A program made the position numbers and the translations under genes. Below are positions 1-9,539 of a DNA stretch of 64,000 nucleotides, in pieces (within the stretch, counting starts at the first letter, position 1; each line of letters starts with the position of its first letter). The notes below the pieces were generated by a model. That model saw nothing but the letters and a program-made list of their open reading frames with translations, was not told the origin of the DNA and ran no database searches. Origin of the DNA: an uncultured Planctomycetia bacterium (GTDB taxonomy: Bacteria > Planctomycetota > MHYJ01 > WSZJ01 > CAZWCX01); the NCBI GenBank assembly GCA_964632945.1, contig CAZWCX010000028.1, forward strand, positions 711-64,710, written 5' to 3'.

Positions 1-70
1 CCTGCTTGAGGGGTGGGGCTCGATCACGCCGTTGTACCTCTCTCCCGTGCTGATCGATCGATGCCGCGAC

Positions 71-1021
71 TCATCCTCCCAGTGTCACCCCGCTGCACGA
101 GCGTTTCACGAACTCGCGCAGCCAGTCGAATCGTATCACTAGAACCCGTATCCGGAATGCCTCGGCACGTTTGCGGATGCTCTGCGAATAGGGCGGCAAC
201 TCGGAGCCGAGACCATGCTGCACTGGAGCAACTCCGATCGACCGATCCAAGTAGACATAGTCGACTGGCATCAGCGTGGACTGGGCCAATGCCAGATCGC
301 CCTGGGCATTCACGTCTCTGGAGCCGTACTCGACCAGCCGCAGGTCTGCCGTGGTCACAATCGCGGGGATCAAGTATCGAGGATCTTCGGTACGCCCGGC
401 CTGTTGCCCACGCAGGGACTCCGCCGCGAGCGCCAGGCACCCAAGTTCCGCTTGGAGGCACGTCTTCTCTATTGCCTCGGTGGTGGCATGCGCTCCCTGA
501 CGATTCAGCGCGACTTCCACGGCTTGCGATGCCACTCTCGCGTCCTGCAGTTCAGGAAACCCGTAGGTCACGAAGTCGATGCACGGCGCACCCGCGCCGT
601 CAAGCGTGGCCCGAACGCAACGCCCTTCGGCCCCCTGCTGCTGAAGTGGTGGCAGGAACGCCCATGTCTTGTAGTCGGCTCGATGCCGCTTGGCCTCGAC
701 GACCATGGCCAAGTCTTTCTTCAGGCTACTGTCGGCACGGGGTCGGAGGGCGAGATCGATTCGACTCCTCTCCCCCGCAAACTGCACGGCGTACTCAGAC
801 ACCAGGAGTTCCCACGGACTGAACTGCAACGCAGTACCTGCAGGGATCGGTTGCAGGAACTGCTCCCGGCAGGCGAGCCAGAGGGGAAAGCCAGACGTGT
901 TGATGCCGTCGATGATCTGATCGTCGGTCAAAGGCATTTGCCAACCAGACCCCCATTTGGTTTTCGGCTCCGTGAGTCGGTCGAGGTTCTTGCGCCGCGC
1001 CGGGGCGGCGGCACGATCCAC
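71..1021 (-). CDS. PD-(D/E)xK nuclease superfamily protein (restriction-endonuclease-like fold); likely real start near 937 (MPLTDDQ...)
   Basis: ORF translation carries an E...IDLAL...VVEAK motif typical of PD-(D/E)xK nucleases. Its start lies 4 nt after the brxL stop on the same strand. Confidence 0.45.
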   Translation of the reverse strand: MDRAAAPARRKNLDRLTEPKTKWGSGWQMPLTDDQIIDGINTSGFPLWLACREQFLQPIPAGTALQFSPWELLVSEYAVQFAGERSRIDLALRPRADSSLKKDLAMVVEAKRHRADYKTWAFLPPLQQQGAEGRCVRATLDGAGAPCIDFVTYGFPELQDARVASQAVEVALNRQGAHATTEAIEKTCLQAELGCLALAAESLRGQQAGRTEDPRYLIPAIVTTADLRLVEYGSRDVNAQGDLALAQSTLMPVDYVYLDRSIGVAPVQHGLGSELPPYSQSIRKRAEAFRIRVLVIRFDWLREFVKRSCSGVTLGG

Positions 1022-1024
1022 CAG

Positions 1025-3073
1025 CTACTCCACCAACGCTTTCAACAGCGCCTCGCGGGGATCACTGTAGAACTGGATGTCGATCTTCGTCGCCATGTCG
1101 TCCGACAAGTTCACGAGCTGCTTCCGCGTGGTGACCGGCATCAAGAGCCGCGTGGCCCCCTTCTCGACGGCCATCTCTGCCACGCCCACCGCATTGTGCA
1201 CCTGGTCTACGGATCCGCCCAAGTTCAACGCCCCGACAACGATGATCCCGCCCTTCAGGCTCTTCTCCAGGAGACCGCTGCACAGCCCGAGGAGTGCCGG
1301 GAGTCCGAGACCACTCCCGCCCTTCGACACGTCAAAGGCGCGGAGTTGCACCACGAACTCATGCGACCTCGGGTCGCGGTCGCCCACCAGGGCCTTGCCC
1401 CGTGCGTAGAGATTCTGTTCGGCGCACTTCACGCTCTCGCGGAATGCAGGCGGCGTCGGCTGGTTCAAGATCCGCACGCCCCCGCCCGGCCCCACGCCTA
1501 CCTCGATCCGGAAGAGACCGGGGTGCTCGTCCTGGCCACCCGAGCTGATGGCCCACACCTGCCCCGGCGGCAGCGGATCCGACCCGATGCTGTCCTCGCG
1601 CTGTAGCTCCGGCGTGACCACGAACTTCTCGACGCCGTCCATTCCGAGTTGGTAGCTGAAGTGCGTGTTGCGGAACTCGGCCGAGCCGATCCGCTTCTGC
1701 TGCTCCTTCACCCGCCGCCGAATCTCCATCGCCAGCCGCACCGCCCATTCGAGGACCTCGTCGCTGACCGGCGTCTCCGGGTTCGGGTACATGAGCTTCA
1801 AGAGTCCCGCCACCGTCTTGTTCACCGCCGTCGTGTCGCGCCCGCTCAAGGCCCCACCATAGAACACCCGCCCTTGAAGCACCGCCACCCTGCTCTGGTC
1901 CCGGAGTCGATGCCAGCACTCGGACAGAAAGTCGCTCACGAGCCCGAAGTGGTCGGTGAGGTGCTGCTGGGCGTGGATCTTCGGCGCGTCCCACCCGGGC
2001 AGATAGCCGTGGATTCGGTCCATGAGCGCCGTGTCGTCGCGCATCTCCGGGGGCATTGGCCCGAACAGGTGCCCGACCCGCTGCTGGTGCTCGACGTCCA
2101 CCTCGAAGTTGCCGACCATCATGATCCCGCCGTCGGCGCGGATGCTCTCCTTCCCCCGGCTGAACTCGCCGCTTTCCATGTACCCCTTCATGATATTGAC
2201 GCCGTCCTTCTGGTCGAAGGAGACACCGGAGATTTCGTCGAAGCAGACGACGTCGTACTGGCACACGAGGCCGCGCTGCCCGGAGGCGTTGTTCACGAAC
2301 ATGCGAGCCACCGTCGCCTTCCCGCCGGAGACCAAGTGGGCATACGGCGACACCTGCTGAAAGAGGTGGCTCTTTCCCGTGCCCCTCGGCCCGAGTTCGA
2401 CCGCGTTGTAATTCCGCTCGACGAACGGGACCATCCGAAGCAGGAGCATGTTCCGGGCACGGTCCGAGAGCTTCTCGGGCTCCATGCCGATGCTCCGGAG
2501 CAGGAACAGTTTCCACTCATCCGCCGTGAACAGGTCTCGGCCCCGCTTGAGCAGGTCCAACGAGTCGCGCTTGGAAAGTTGGACTTCGCGGAGGCTCTCC
2601 ACTCCGAAAGGCCGACCGTTCTCCTCCGTGGCGATGGTCGCATCGTACGTGAGATTCACCTCGGCGTAGAAGCCCCCAGTCAGCATCCGCTCATGCTCCT
2701 GGACGAGCTTGGGCTCGATGCGCACGTCCTTGAGGAGCAGGCTGGGCAGCTCCGCCAGGTAGGAGTCCGTCTTGGCGTCCAGCCTCGCCCGGATCAGGTC
2801 GATGATCCGCACCGATCCCTTCTCGCGTGCTCTCGCCTTGAACAGCTCCTCCTCCCCAGCGCGAACGGCCCGGTCGGCGAGCTGCCGCTCCACGACCTTC
2901 AGGCCCTCCTTGATCTCTTCCTCGTTCACCGTGGCGCAGTAACGGCCCAGCAGGAATTCGACGACGTACGTCGGGACGGGGTACTGGCCCTTGAATTTGC
3001 GGACCAGGTCCTTGCGGACGATGAAGCCGTCAAATCCCTTGGCGGCGAGTTGATCGAGAGCGTCGAGTTCCAT
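1025..3073 (-). CDS. brxL: BREX Lon-like protease BrxL
   Basis: 682 aa with an AAA+ P-loop (GPRGTGKSHLF) and a C-terminal Lon-protease-like domain. Last gene of the BREX-1 order. Confidence 0.9.
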   Translation of the reverse strand: MELDALDQLAAKGFDGFIVRKDLVRKFKGQYPVPTYVVEFLLGRYCATVNEEEIKEGLKVVERQLADRAVRAGEEELFKARAREKGSVRIIDLIRARLDAKTDSYLAELPSLLLKDVRIEPKLVQEHERMLTGGFYAEVNLTYDATIATEENGRPFGVESLREVQLSKRDSLDLLKRGRDLFTADEWKLFLLRSIGMEPEKLSDRARNMLLLRMVPFVERNYNAVELGPRGTGKSHLFQQVSPYAHLVSGGKATVARMFVNNASGQRGLVCQYDVVCFDEISGVSFDQKDGVNIMKGYMESGEFSRGKESIRADGGIMMVGNFEVDVEHQQRVGHLFGPMPPEMRDDTALMDRIHGYLPGWDAPKIHAQQHLTDHFGLVSDFLSECWHRLRDQSRVAVLQGRVFYGGALSGRDTTAVNKTVAGLLKLMYPNPETPVSDEVLEWAVRLAMEIRRRVKEQQKRIGSAEFRNTHFSYQLGMDGVEKFVVTPELQREDSIGSDPLPPGQVWAISSGGQDEHPGLFRIEVGVGPGGGVRILNQPTPPAFRESVKCAEQNLYARGKALVGDRDPRSHEFVVQLRAFDVSKGGSGLGLPALLGLCSGLLEKSLKGGIIVVGALNLGGSVDQVHNAVGVAEMAVEKGATRLLMPVTTRKQLVNLSDDMATKIDIQFYSDPREALLKALVE

Positions 3074-3075
3074 GC

Positions 3076-5466
3076 CTATTCCTCACCACCGACGGTGGTC
3101 GGCTCTTTCGCCACCACGCGGCCCTCCGCATCCAGAAGGACGACCACCGCTGCGGCCCCCTGATGCGTGTCGTCGGCGAAGAGGGTCGCCGCGCCGTCGG
3201 TCCCGACCGGACGGGCTTTCCTTTCTTCGGGATCAGCCAGCAACGATGTCCCGGGATCCGCTGCCTTTCCTCGCAGGTCCGCGCTGTGCCCGAGCGGTTC
3301 CCCTTCGACGACGACCTTGCAGACCAGTCGCTTCCAAGCTATCGACTTGATCGAGATCCGGCCTTCCTTCCGTGCGGCAGCCCGTACGACCAGCGACGGG
3401 ACGACGCACTCCTGAACGGAAAGCCCGCCGTGAGTGTACTCGGTTCCGTGCTTGAAGCAAGCGATGCCCCGCGCCACGGCAACGCGATGTTCGGCACTCC
3501 ATGTCCAGGGAACGGTCACGGCGTCGGGCGTGGCAGTCTTCTTCAGGGTCGCACAACGCCCCCAGCGGGTCTCCGTGAGGAATTTCGGCAGCTCTACCTT
3601 TGGAAGCCCACCGGGAAGCAGGAGCCAGCCGTGGTCTGTGACCACGCGGACTTCTCGCCAACCGGCCTCCAAAAGGCCACGGATTCGCGCCGCGAGTCCT
3701 TCCACCTCCTCCTCGATGCGCCACGCCAGCTTCCAGCCCTGGTCGTGCCCCATCCGGTCAAGGCTGCCGTACTCCGTCCAAGCACGACCCTCGGGATCGC
3801 CGCCCTCGTTCGCGCCAAGGACTTGGATGGTTGCTTCGCCCAGAAGCTGCTTGAACCTGTCGCTTGTCAGTTCCTTTCCGGTGGCGGCAATCGTCGGCCT
3901 GAACTCGTCACCCAGACTCGAATTGCTGAGGAGGCCAGCGATCGGCGAGGCTGCCGGTTTCGCTGTCGGCGTCACCGTCGGCATCGCCGCCCAACGCCTC
4001 CCGCGATCGACCTTGACGCCCGCGCTTTCGAGGGCCGCCACCACCTTCTGGCCAACGTCGAAGCGTAACCCGTCGGCGAACAGCACGCAGCACCCCTTCG
4101 GGAGGTCTTCAGGCTTGCCGCTCGGCGTGGCGCAAGGTAGCGCCGCAGAATTCTCAGCGACCTTCTGAAGCTGTTCCGCCCCGTCCTCCAACCACGTCCG
4201 ATACATGCCGCACACGGCGGTTCGCACGGCGACCACGTCCGCTGGTTTTCGAACTATGGCGAGTGCATCGAGAACCGCAGCATCCGCCTTCCATCCCCAT
4301 TCGGCGTACTGCTCCGCCATGGCCTCCGGAGTCGAGCCTCCGAGCGTTCGTTCCGTCGCCAAGGCGAGTACGGCCAGGAACTCCAAGGCCCCTGCCAAGG
4401 GCGAGTCGCCCAGCTTCGACCAGACGCAAGCACGACGCGCGCCGTGCTGCTTCTCCAGCTCCGCGATCCCCTTTCGGGCGACAGTAGGTGGCTTCTTGCC
4501 GACCTCGACGAGGTCCTTCCGCAGCGAGTCTTCCAGTCCCTCGTTGTCCTGGGGCCAGACTGGCGCGTCGGCGTCAAACATACTCGGGGCGGTCTTCGGC
4601 CTGGCCCGGCGGAGCAGCTCTTTCAAGTTCGGGTAGAGTGTAGGGGCCTCCTGGAATCGCCGCCAGACGTGTGCCCAGTGTCCGCGTCCCTGGCCCTTCA
4701 CGCCGAGGGACTCGCCAGCGGTCAGCTCACCGTCCTTCTCCGGATCGAACTTGTACTTCTGCTTGCAGACGGCCCGGAAGGAACCCCACCCGGCGTCGTC
4801 CATGCGACCTCGGACCTCCTTCGGATCGTTCAGCCAGGTGAGGAGATCGCGTACCGGATCCTCGGTCATCAGACTGTTGAAGAACTCGGCATCGAGACGC
4901 TTGTTTCGCAGTTGATCCACGGGCATGTCCGCCAATCGCACCGCCGCTCGCAACAGTGCCTCGGCGGTGGCGTCATCCCGCGCCACTTCCAGCCCGAGGC
5001 CACCATTCTTGGTCTGGAGGAAGGCCGCAAGCGTCCAGTCCTTGCCGTTCTGTTGCGTCCAGACGACGCCGCGAAACTGAAGCTCAACCAGAGGTCGAAG
5101 CGGTGGCGGGCAACTCTCGACGGCCCGGAGTGCCTGCCTGCTCACGCCCGGCAGGTAGATCACCGGGACAACCTCCGGAGCCCAGGTGGCCTCGGGCAGG
5201 GATCGACCCAGCATGCACCGCAACCAGATCGCCGGGCCGGTCTGCGTGGCCGGATCGTGGTCCCCGAAGGTCAGGAAGTGGGCGAGCCGCTGTCGAAGTC
5301 GCGGGACCAGTGCCAGCCACTGACGGTCTTCGTCCGCCCAAAGAATGGCGGCGGGGGCAACCATGTCATCGTGGTTGCACGCCGACATGCCGGACAACGC
5401 TCCGAGGAGCGCGTCGAACACGGTCGCGCGCGTGAACCGTTGGGTCGCCGAGCCATCGGCAGTCAT
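3076..5466 (-). CDS. pglZ: BREX alkaline-phosphatase superfamily protein PglZ
   Basis: 796 aa with the PglZ signature ...VRVVTDHGWLLLPGG.... Its start overlaps the upstream stop in ATGA. Confidence 0.9.
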   Translation of the reverse strand: MTADGSATQRFTRATVFDALLGALSGMSACNHDDMVAPAAILWADEDRQWLALVPRLRQRLAHFLTFGDHDPATQTGPAIWLRCMLGRSLPEATWAPEVVPVIYLPGVSRQALRAVESCPPPLRPLVELQFRGVVWTQQNGKDWTLAAFLQTKNGGLGLEVARDDATAEALLRAAVRLADMPVDQLRNKRLDAEFFNSLMTEDPVRDLLTWLNDPKEVRGRMDDAGWGSFRAVCKQKYKFDPEKDGELTAGESLGVKGQGRGHWAHVWRRFQEAPTLYPNLKELLRRARPKTAPSMFDADAPVWPQDNEGLEDSLRKDLVEVGKKPPTVARKGIAELEKQHGARRACVWSKLGDSPLAGALEFLAVLALATERTLGGSTPEAMAEQYAEWGWKADAAVLDALAIVRKPADVVAVRTAVCGMYRTWLEDGAEQLQKVAENSAALPCATPSGKPEDLPKGCCVLFADGLRFDVGQKVVAALESAGVKVDRGRRWAAMPTVTPTAKPAASPIAGLLSNSSLGDEFRPTIAATGKELTSDRFKQLLGEATIQVLGANEGGDPEGRAWTEYGSLDRMGHDQGWKLAWRIEEEVEGLAARIRGLLEAGWREVRVVTDHGWLLLPGGLPKVELPKFLTETRWGRCATLKKTATPDAVTVPWTWSAEHRVAVARGIACFKHGTEYTHGGLSVQECVVPSLVVRAAARKEGRISIKSIAWKRLVCKVVVEGEPLGHSADLRGKAADPGTSLLADPEERKARPVGTDGAATLFADDTHQGAAAVVVLLDAEGRVVAKEPTTVGGEE

Positions 5467-5831
5467 GGGGCACCTGCTATCGGTCGTACCCGGATCTTGC
5501 GGTCGCTGATGACAATGAACTGCCCGTTCCCGTGGGCCTCCACGGTCGGCCAGGCCTCTGCGAGGCGCTTCAGGCGTGAGGCCAGGTCGGGGGTGTCCAG
5601 GCGGACAAGCAGCACGCCAGAAGAAGAAAGGCGCCGGTGGAAGACGAGTTCCCCGAAGTCCTTGTCGTCGGTGATGACTACCCGACCCTCGCGTTGGGCA
5701 AGGGCCAGAACGTCGTCGTCAGACTCGCCGGGCAGTCCCTCCGCAGCGTAGAGGACATCGTGGCCCTGGGCGCGCAGCCAGGCAACGATGCCGCCGTGGA
5801 GGTTTTCGTCTGCCAGGAGCTTCATGTGCAT
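5463..5831 (-). CDS. DUF5615 (PIN/Mut7-C-like) putative toxin
   Basis: 122 aa (MKLLADENL...DVL...LALAQREGRVVITDDKDFGELV) matches DUF5615. Paired with the DUF433 gene 4 nt upstream. Confidence 0.8.
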   Translation of the reverse strand: MHMKLLADENLHGGIVAWLRAQGHDVLYAAEGLPGESDDDVLALAQREGRVVITDDKDFGELVFHRRLSSSGVLLVRLDTPDLASRLKRLAEAWPTVEAHGNGQFIVISDRKIRVRPIAGAP

Positions 5832-5835
5832 TCCG

Positions 5836-6066
5836 CTATTGGTAGAGGATCTCTTCCATCCCGATCACGGAAGCGGCGTAGAGGAGAGCGGCTCGGATGT
5901 GCTCAGGGGTGAGACGCGGGTGCCCCTGGAGCAGTTCTGCTTCCGGCATGCCTCGGCCCAGTTCCGCGAGGACGTGCTCTACAGTGATCCGGGTCCCCTT
6001 GAAGGTGGGCTTGCCCATCATGACTTCGGGTCGTTCGACGATGTACTCGCGCCAGTCCATGCTCAT
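5836..6066 (-). CDS. DUF433 putative antitoxin
   Basis: Internal Met of ORF 5836..6297 (MSMDWREYIVERPEVMMGKPTFKGTRITVEHVL...) matches DUF433. The ATG at 6066 overlaps the pglX TGA. Confidence 0.8.
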   Translation of the reverse strand: MSMDWREYIVERPEVMMGKPTFKGTRITVEHVLAELGRGMPEAELLQGHPRLTPEHIRAALLYAASVIGMEEILYQ

Positions 6067-9000
6067 GACTTCTCCTTCCTCCGCGAAGTCGGAGCTTCGC
6101 GGGCGGCCCGCTTTTCGGCCAGGGTCAGGTGGTGGTCGTTGATGCGCTCGCCGTGGAAGACATGATACCACGGTGCGGTCGCGGGGTCCTTGCCCCGGTC
6201 CTTCCGCCAGTGGACGTTCGGCGTCTTGCGGAGGACCTCCGCCTCGACGAAGGGACGGATGTTCATCCGCACGCCATCGTTCAGGTCGGGTTCCCACCCG
6301 ATGGCTTGCGCTTCGAGCGGCTTCCAGCGCACGAAGATGTCATGGGGCTTCTCCCCGTCGGCGATGAGCTTGAGACGACCTTGGAGGTCCTTGGCTGCGG
6401 CGAGCCGAACGTCGGCCCCGGCCGCGCCGCGCTTGGCGTCCTCTTCCTGGCGGCGGATCCAGTCGCCCAGGTAGGTGTAGATCAGCTTGTCGAGCAGTTG
6501 CCGGTCGAGCCGGTGGTAGTTCACGAGGGCGTGGAAGCCGTCCTTCCGACCGTCCCAGATGTGCCAGATGAACGGGCGGTGGTGGAACAGCTTGCAGTGC
6601 TGATCAAAGAAGCCATCGTGGAGCCATTCGTCGAGGCTCTTTGCCGCGAATCCCACAGCGGCAAGAAGTTGGTCGAGCTTGGAGGGCGTCCAGTCCTTCG
6701 CGCATGCGGCGGCAAGGAGGTCGCGGAGACGTTCCGACGCTGGGCGCTCCTTTCCGACGACGGGAAGGCATACGATGCCATCATCGTCAGCGTGGGCTTC
6801 TAGGCCGTCGAGGCCGAGGGCTGGACAGTCGGGGAAATCGGAGCCCGTCTGGCGGGGCCAGCGGTAACCCACGAGACGGGCCACGGCGACTTGCAGCGGG
6901 TGCTCCGAACCCTTAGGATGTCCGCAGAACAGCCACTGCGTCGGGTCATCGGAATGGGGCTTGGGGAGGCCGTCTGGGTACCTAGCTGCGGCGACCTTTT
7001 GCCAGCGGGCGAGGTCGAAGGGGACTTTGACAAGGGTAATGTTCGTGACTTTCAGGGTCTGATCGACCTGCCGAATGGCTTGGTGAAACTCCGAAGACGA
7101 TGCGAAGCACCAAATGGCCGCTGTGAGTACATCATCGTAGGGAAGGAGGACAGCAGCGTTCTTGTCGAACCGATCACCCAGATATAGCGTGCAGGGCAGC
7201 TCTCCGATCTGGCTGACGAGTATACCCTTCTTGTTCCACGCCATTCCACCAGCGAGGATCGCTTCACCACGGCTCCCACGATCGCAGAGAGTGCCGCGCC
7301 CCTGCTCCCAGAAGACGATCTGTTCCATTCCACCAAACGTGCGCGTATCCTCCACCGTGGTCTGAAGAAACTCCCAGTCACAACCGCGCTCCGACAGTTC
7401 CCAAAACTGACGAAAGAAGTAAGGACTATCCTTACTTCCAAGCCCGTGAACCCCGTGAGCGTACTTCGATAAGAGGGCGAATCCCGGAACGTCCGCGAGC
7501 GTCACTCTTGCATCTGGATTCCGGAGCTGGCTGCTCTGTGCTACCAGAACGACCTCCCCCCCCTCCATGCCCTCCATGCACCGGAGCAGGTTCGCCTTCA
7601 CCTCCGGCTTTCTTGCATCCGACACATCCAATCCAGCAATTGCATGGCCGTCGCGGATTGCCGCGGATAGAACAAGCAAGGCCGCGTTCACGATCTCTCC
7701 GCTAATCGTGGAGAATGCCCCTGGTCCCAACCGAGCAGCGAGGTTCCACGAACACCTCTCCAGCAGCATCTGGCGGAGGCTCGTGTAGGTCGTCAGAAAG
7801 AGCCAATTCTGCGGTGTGACAAGAGCTGTAGTCGCGGCCTGTGAACAGAACTCCAGACAGCGCAGAACAAACGCGGTGGCTAGGTCCGCCTTGCCTAGCG
7901 GGTAGTGGGCCAGTAGGCACTCTTGAATAACCTCATCTTGTTTCCCTCGCCCGAGGTATGGCACATTCGTGATGACCAAGTGGTACTTCGCTGCGAGCAT
8001 CTCGGCTGCGTGCGCCACGCCCTGGGCCATAACGCCCATCTCGACCGCCTGCGGGTCGCCTTTGACCTTCTCCTTCTGGAGTGCCTTTTCGAGGAGAGGT
8101 TGGAGGCTTCCAAAGTCCGCCTCGAACAGGTCGCCCGGCCGGACGGCGCGATGCGGGTCGATCAGACTCCCGAGTTCGGGGGCTTGCTGGAAGAGATCGT
8201 ACAGCCGCTCCAAACCCGCCCGCAGCCTCGCATCTCCATTTGCCAGGGCCAGCCATTCTTCCTTCTTCCCCGCAACGGCCAGGCCGGAGCAAGCGACGTT
8301 GACCGACGGCAGGTTCCTATACCCTCCCGCGTCCGGGAACTTCCAGGCGGCCAGCGCGAGGGCGAAGGCGGCGATCTGCGTGCAGCGAGCATCCAGCTCC
8401 AGTCCATGCACGTTATCCTTGAGCACGGCCTCGCACGCATCCCGCGCCGAGAGCCGCTCCTCCTGCATTCGGACCCTGACCAGGAGGTCGAAAACGGCGA
8501 CCAGGAAATGACCCGAGCCGCAGCAGGGGTCAAGTATCCTCAGTTCCGCCGCTCGGGTGGGCCAGCCCGGGAACGTCCCCGCCGCCGGTCGCCCATCGGA
8601 TAGAAATCGCAGGTACTCGAATCCGTAGCCAGGGAGGGCGACCCGCCTACGGCGCTCGTCTTCGGAGACTTCACCCTCTTCCCCGTTCTTTCCATCGAGG
8701 CTCTGGCTCGCACCACTTTTGGGAATCTGGGAGAGTTGAACCGGCGCACCGGACGCCAGCACCTTTCCGGCCCACCACGCGCCGATCGTATTGTGCAGGA
8801 GGAAGAGAACCATGTAATGCTCGGTGAAAAGCTGCGTGACGGCGGGCAGCGTCTCCCCGGTGATCTTGTCGCCGCTGGCATTCACCTCCTGCTTCCGCTT
8901 CGATTGCCAAAACTGGTAGACCCAGCCGAGGCCATCCTCGGCGGTGAAGATCTCCGAAGGCAGGTCCTCCAGGAGCTTTTCCAGTTTCAGCCGGTGCTCT

Positions 9001-9539
9001 GCCGCCAGCGCAACCTGCAAGGCCGGGTCCTCCGGGCGGAAGATCTGCGGAAGCATGCGCGAGGCGAAGCGCCCGGCGACCGTCCAGAGATCCGGTTTGG
9101 CCCCACCCTTCCCACCCGCGCCGGGGGTGGCGGTCTCCTCCGCAGCGAGTTCCTTGCACTCCTGGAGCGTCACGGGGACACCGTGATCGGGGTGGATCAG
9201 CAGGTGGTTCTCGGCGAGGAACCGGGCGAAGAGCATCCGATGCCAGTGCTCATAGGCGACCTCGTGCCCGAGCCGGTGGATGTCCTGCCTGCCCGTACGT
9301 GCATCGAGCACACCTCCGAGTTGACGCGCCTTGGCGCGGAGCTGCCTGCGGAGGGTTCGCTCCTCAGGCTTGAGGTGCGGGAAGGGCTCTCCCTCCTCGA
9401 CCGCGAGCCGCTGGAGTGCCGCCTGCGCGGCGGCCTCGGAGACATCACGGGCCTCGACGACCGTTCGTTCGAGCTGTCGTCGAAGGTCTGGGGGAAGTGG
9501 CGGCATTCGTCGCGTTTGCTCCTGAACCAATGCCGTCAA
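6063..9539 (-). CDS. pglX: BREX N6-adenine DNA methyltransferase PglX
   Basis: 1158 aa with motif I LDPCCGSGHFL and motif IV VITNVPYLG. Its start overlaps the brxC stop in ATGA. Confidence 0.9.
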   Translation of the reverse strand: MTALVQEQTRRMPPLPPDLRRQLERTVVEARDVSEAAAQAALQRLAVEEGEPFPHLKPEERTLRRQLRAKARQLGGVLDARTGRQDIHRLGHEVAYEHWHRMLFARFLAENHLLIHPDHGVPVTLQECKELAAEETATPGAGGKGGAKPDLWTVAGRFASRMLPQIFRPEDPALQVALAAEHRLKLEKLLEDLPSEIFTAEDGLGWVYQFWQSKRKQEVNASGDKITGETLPAVTQLFTEHYMVLFLLHNTIGAWWAGKVLASGAPVQLSQIPKSGASQSLDGKNGEEGEVSEDERRRRVALPGYGFEYLRFLSDGRPAAGTFPGWPTRAAELRILDPCCGSGHFLVAVFDLLVRVRMQEERLSARDACEAVLKDNVHGLELDARCTQIAAFALALAAWKFPDAGGYRNLPSVNVACSGLAVAGKKEEWLALANGDARLRAGLERLYDLFQQAPELGSLIDPHRAVRPGDLFEADFGSLQPLLEKALQKEKVKGDPQAVEMGVMAQGVAHAAEMLAAKYHLVITNVPYLGRGKQDEVIQECLLAHYPLGKADLATAFVLRCLEFCSQAATTALVTPQNWLFLTTYTSLRQMLLERCSWNLAARLGPGAFSTISGEIVNAALLVLSAAIRDGHAIAGLDVSDARKPEVKANLLRCMEGMEGGEVVLVAQSSQLRNPDARVTLADVPGFALLSKYAHGVHGLGSKDSPYFFRQFWELSERGCDWEFLQTTVEDTRTFGGMEQIVFWEQGRGTLCDRGSRGEAILAGGMAWNKKGILVSQIGELPCTLYLGDRFDKNAAVLLPYDDVLTAAIWCFASSSEFHQAIRQVDQTLKVTNITLVKVPFDLARWQKVAAARYPDGLPKPHSDDPTQWLFCGHPKGSEHPLQVAVARLVGYRWPRQTGSDFPDCPALGLDGLEAHADDDGIVCLPVVGKERPASERLRDLLAAACAKDWTPSKLDQLLAAVGFAAKSLDEWLHDGFFDQHCKLFHHRPFIWHIWDGRKDGFHALVNYHRLDRQLLDKLIYTYLGDWIRRQEEDAKRGAAGADVRLAAAKDLQGRLKLIADGEKPHDIFVRWKPLEAQAIGWEPDLNDGVRMNIRPFVEAEVLRKTPNVHWRKDRGKDPATAPWYHVFHGERINDHHLTLAEKRAAREAPTSRRKEKS

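Noticed and set aside
215-3163. Long plus-strand ORFs (215..1606, 1649..3163) antisense to the PD-(D/E)xK gene and brxL
   Set aside because: Low-complexity Arg/Leu/Pro-rich translations entirely overlapping well-supported minus-strand genes. This is the classic antisense ORF artefact at ~65-70% GC.
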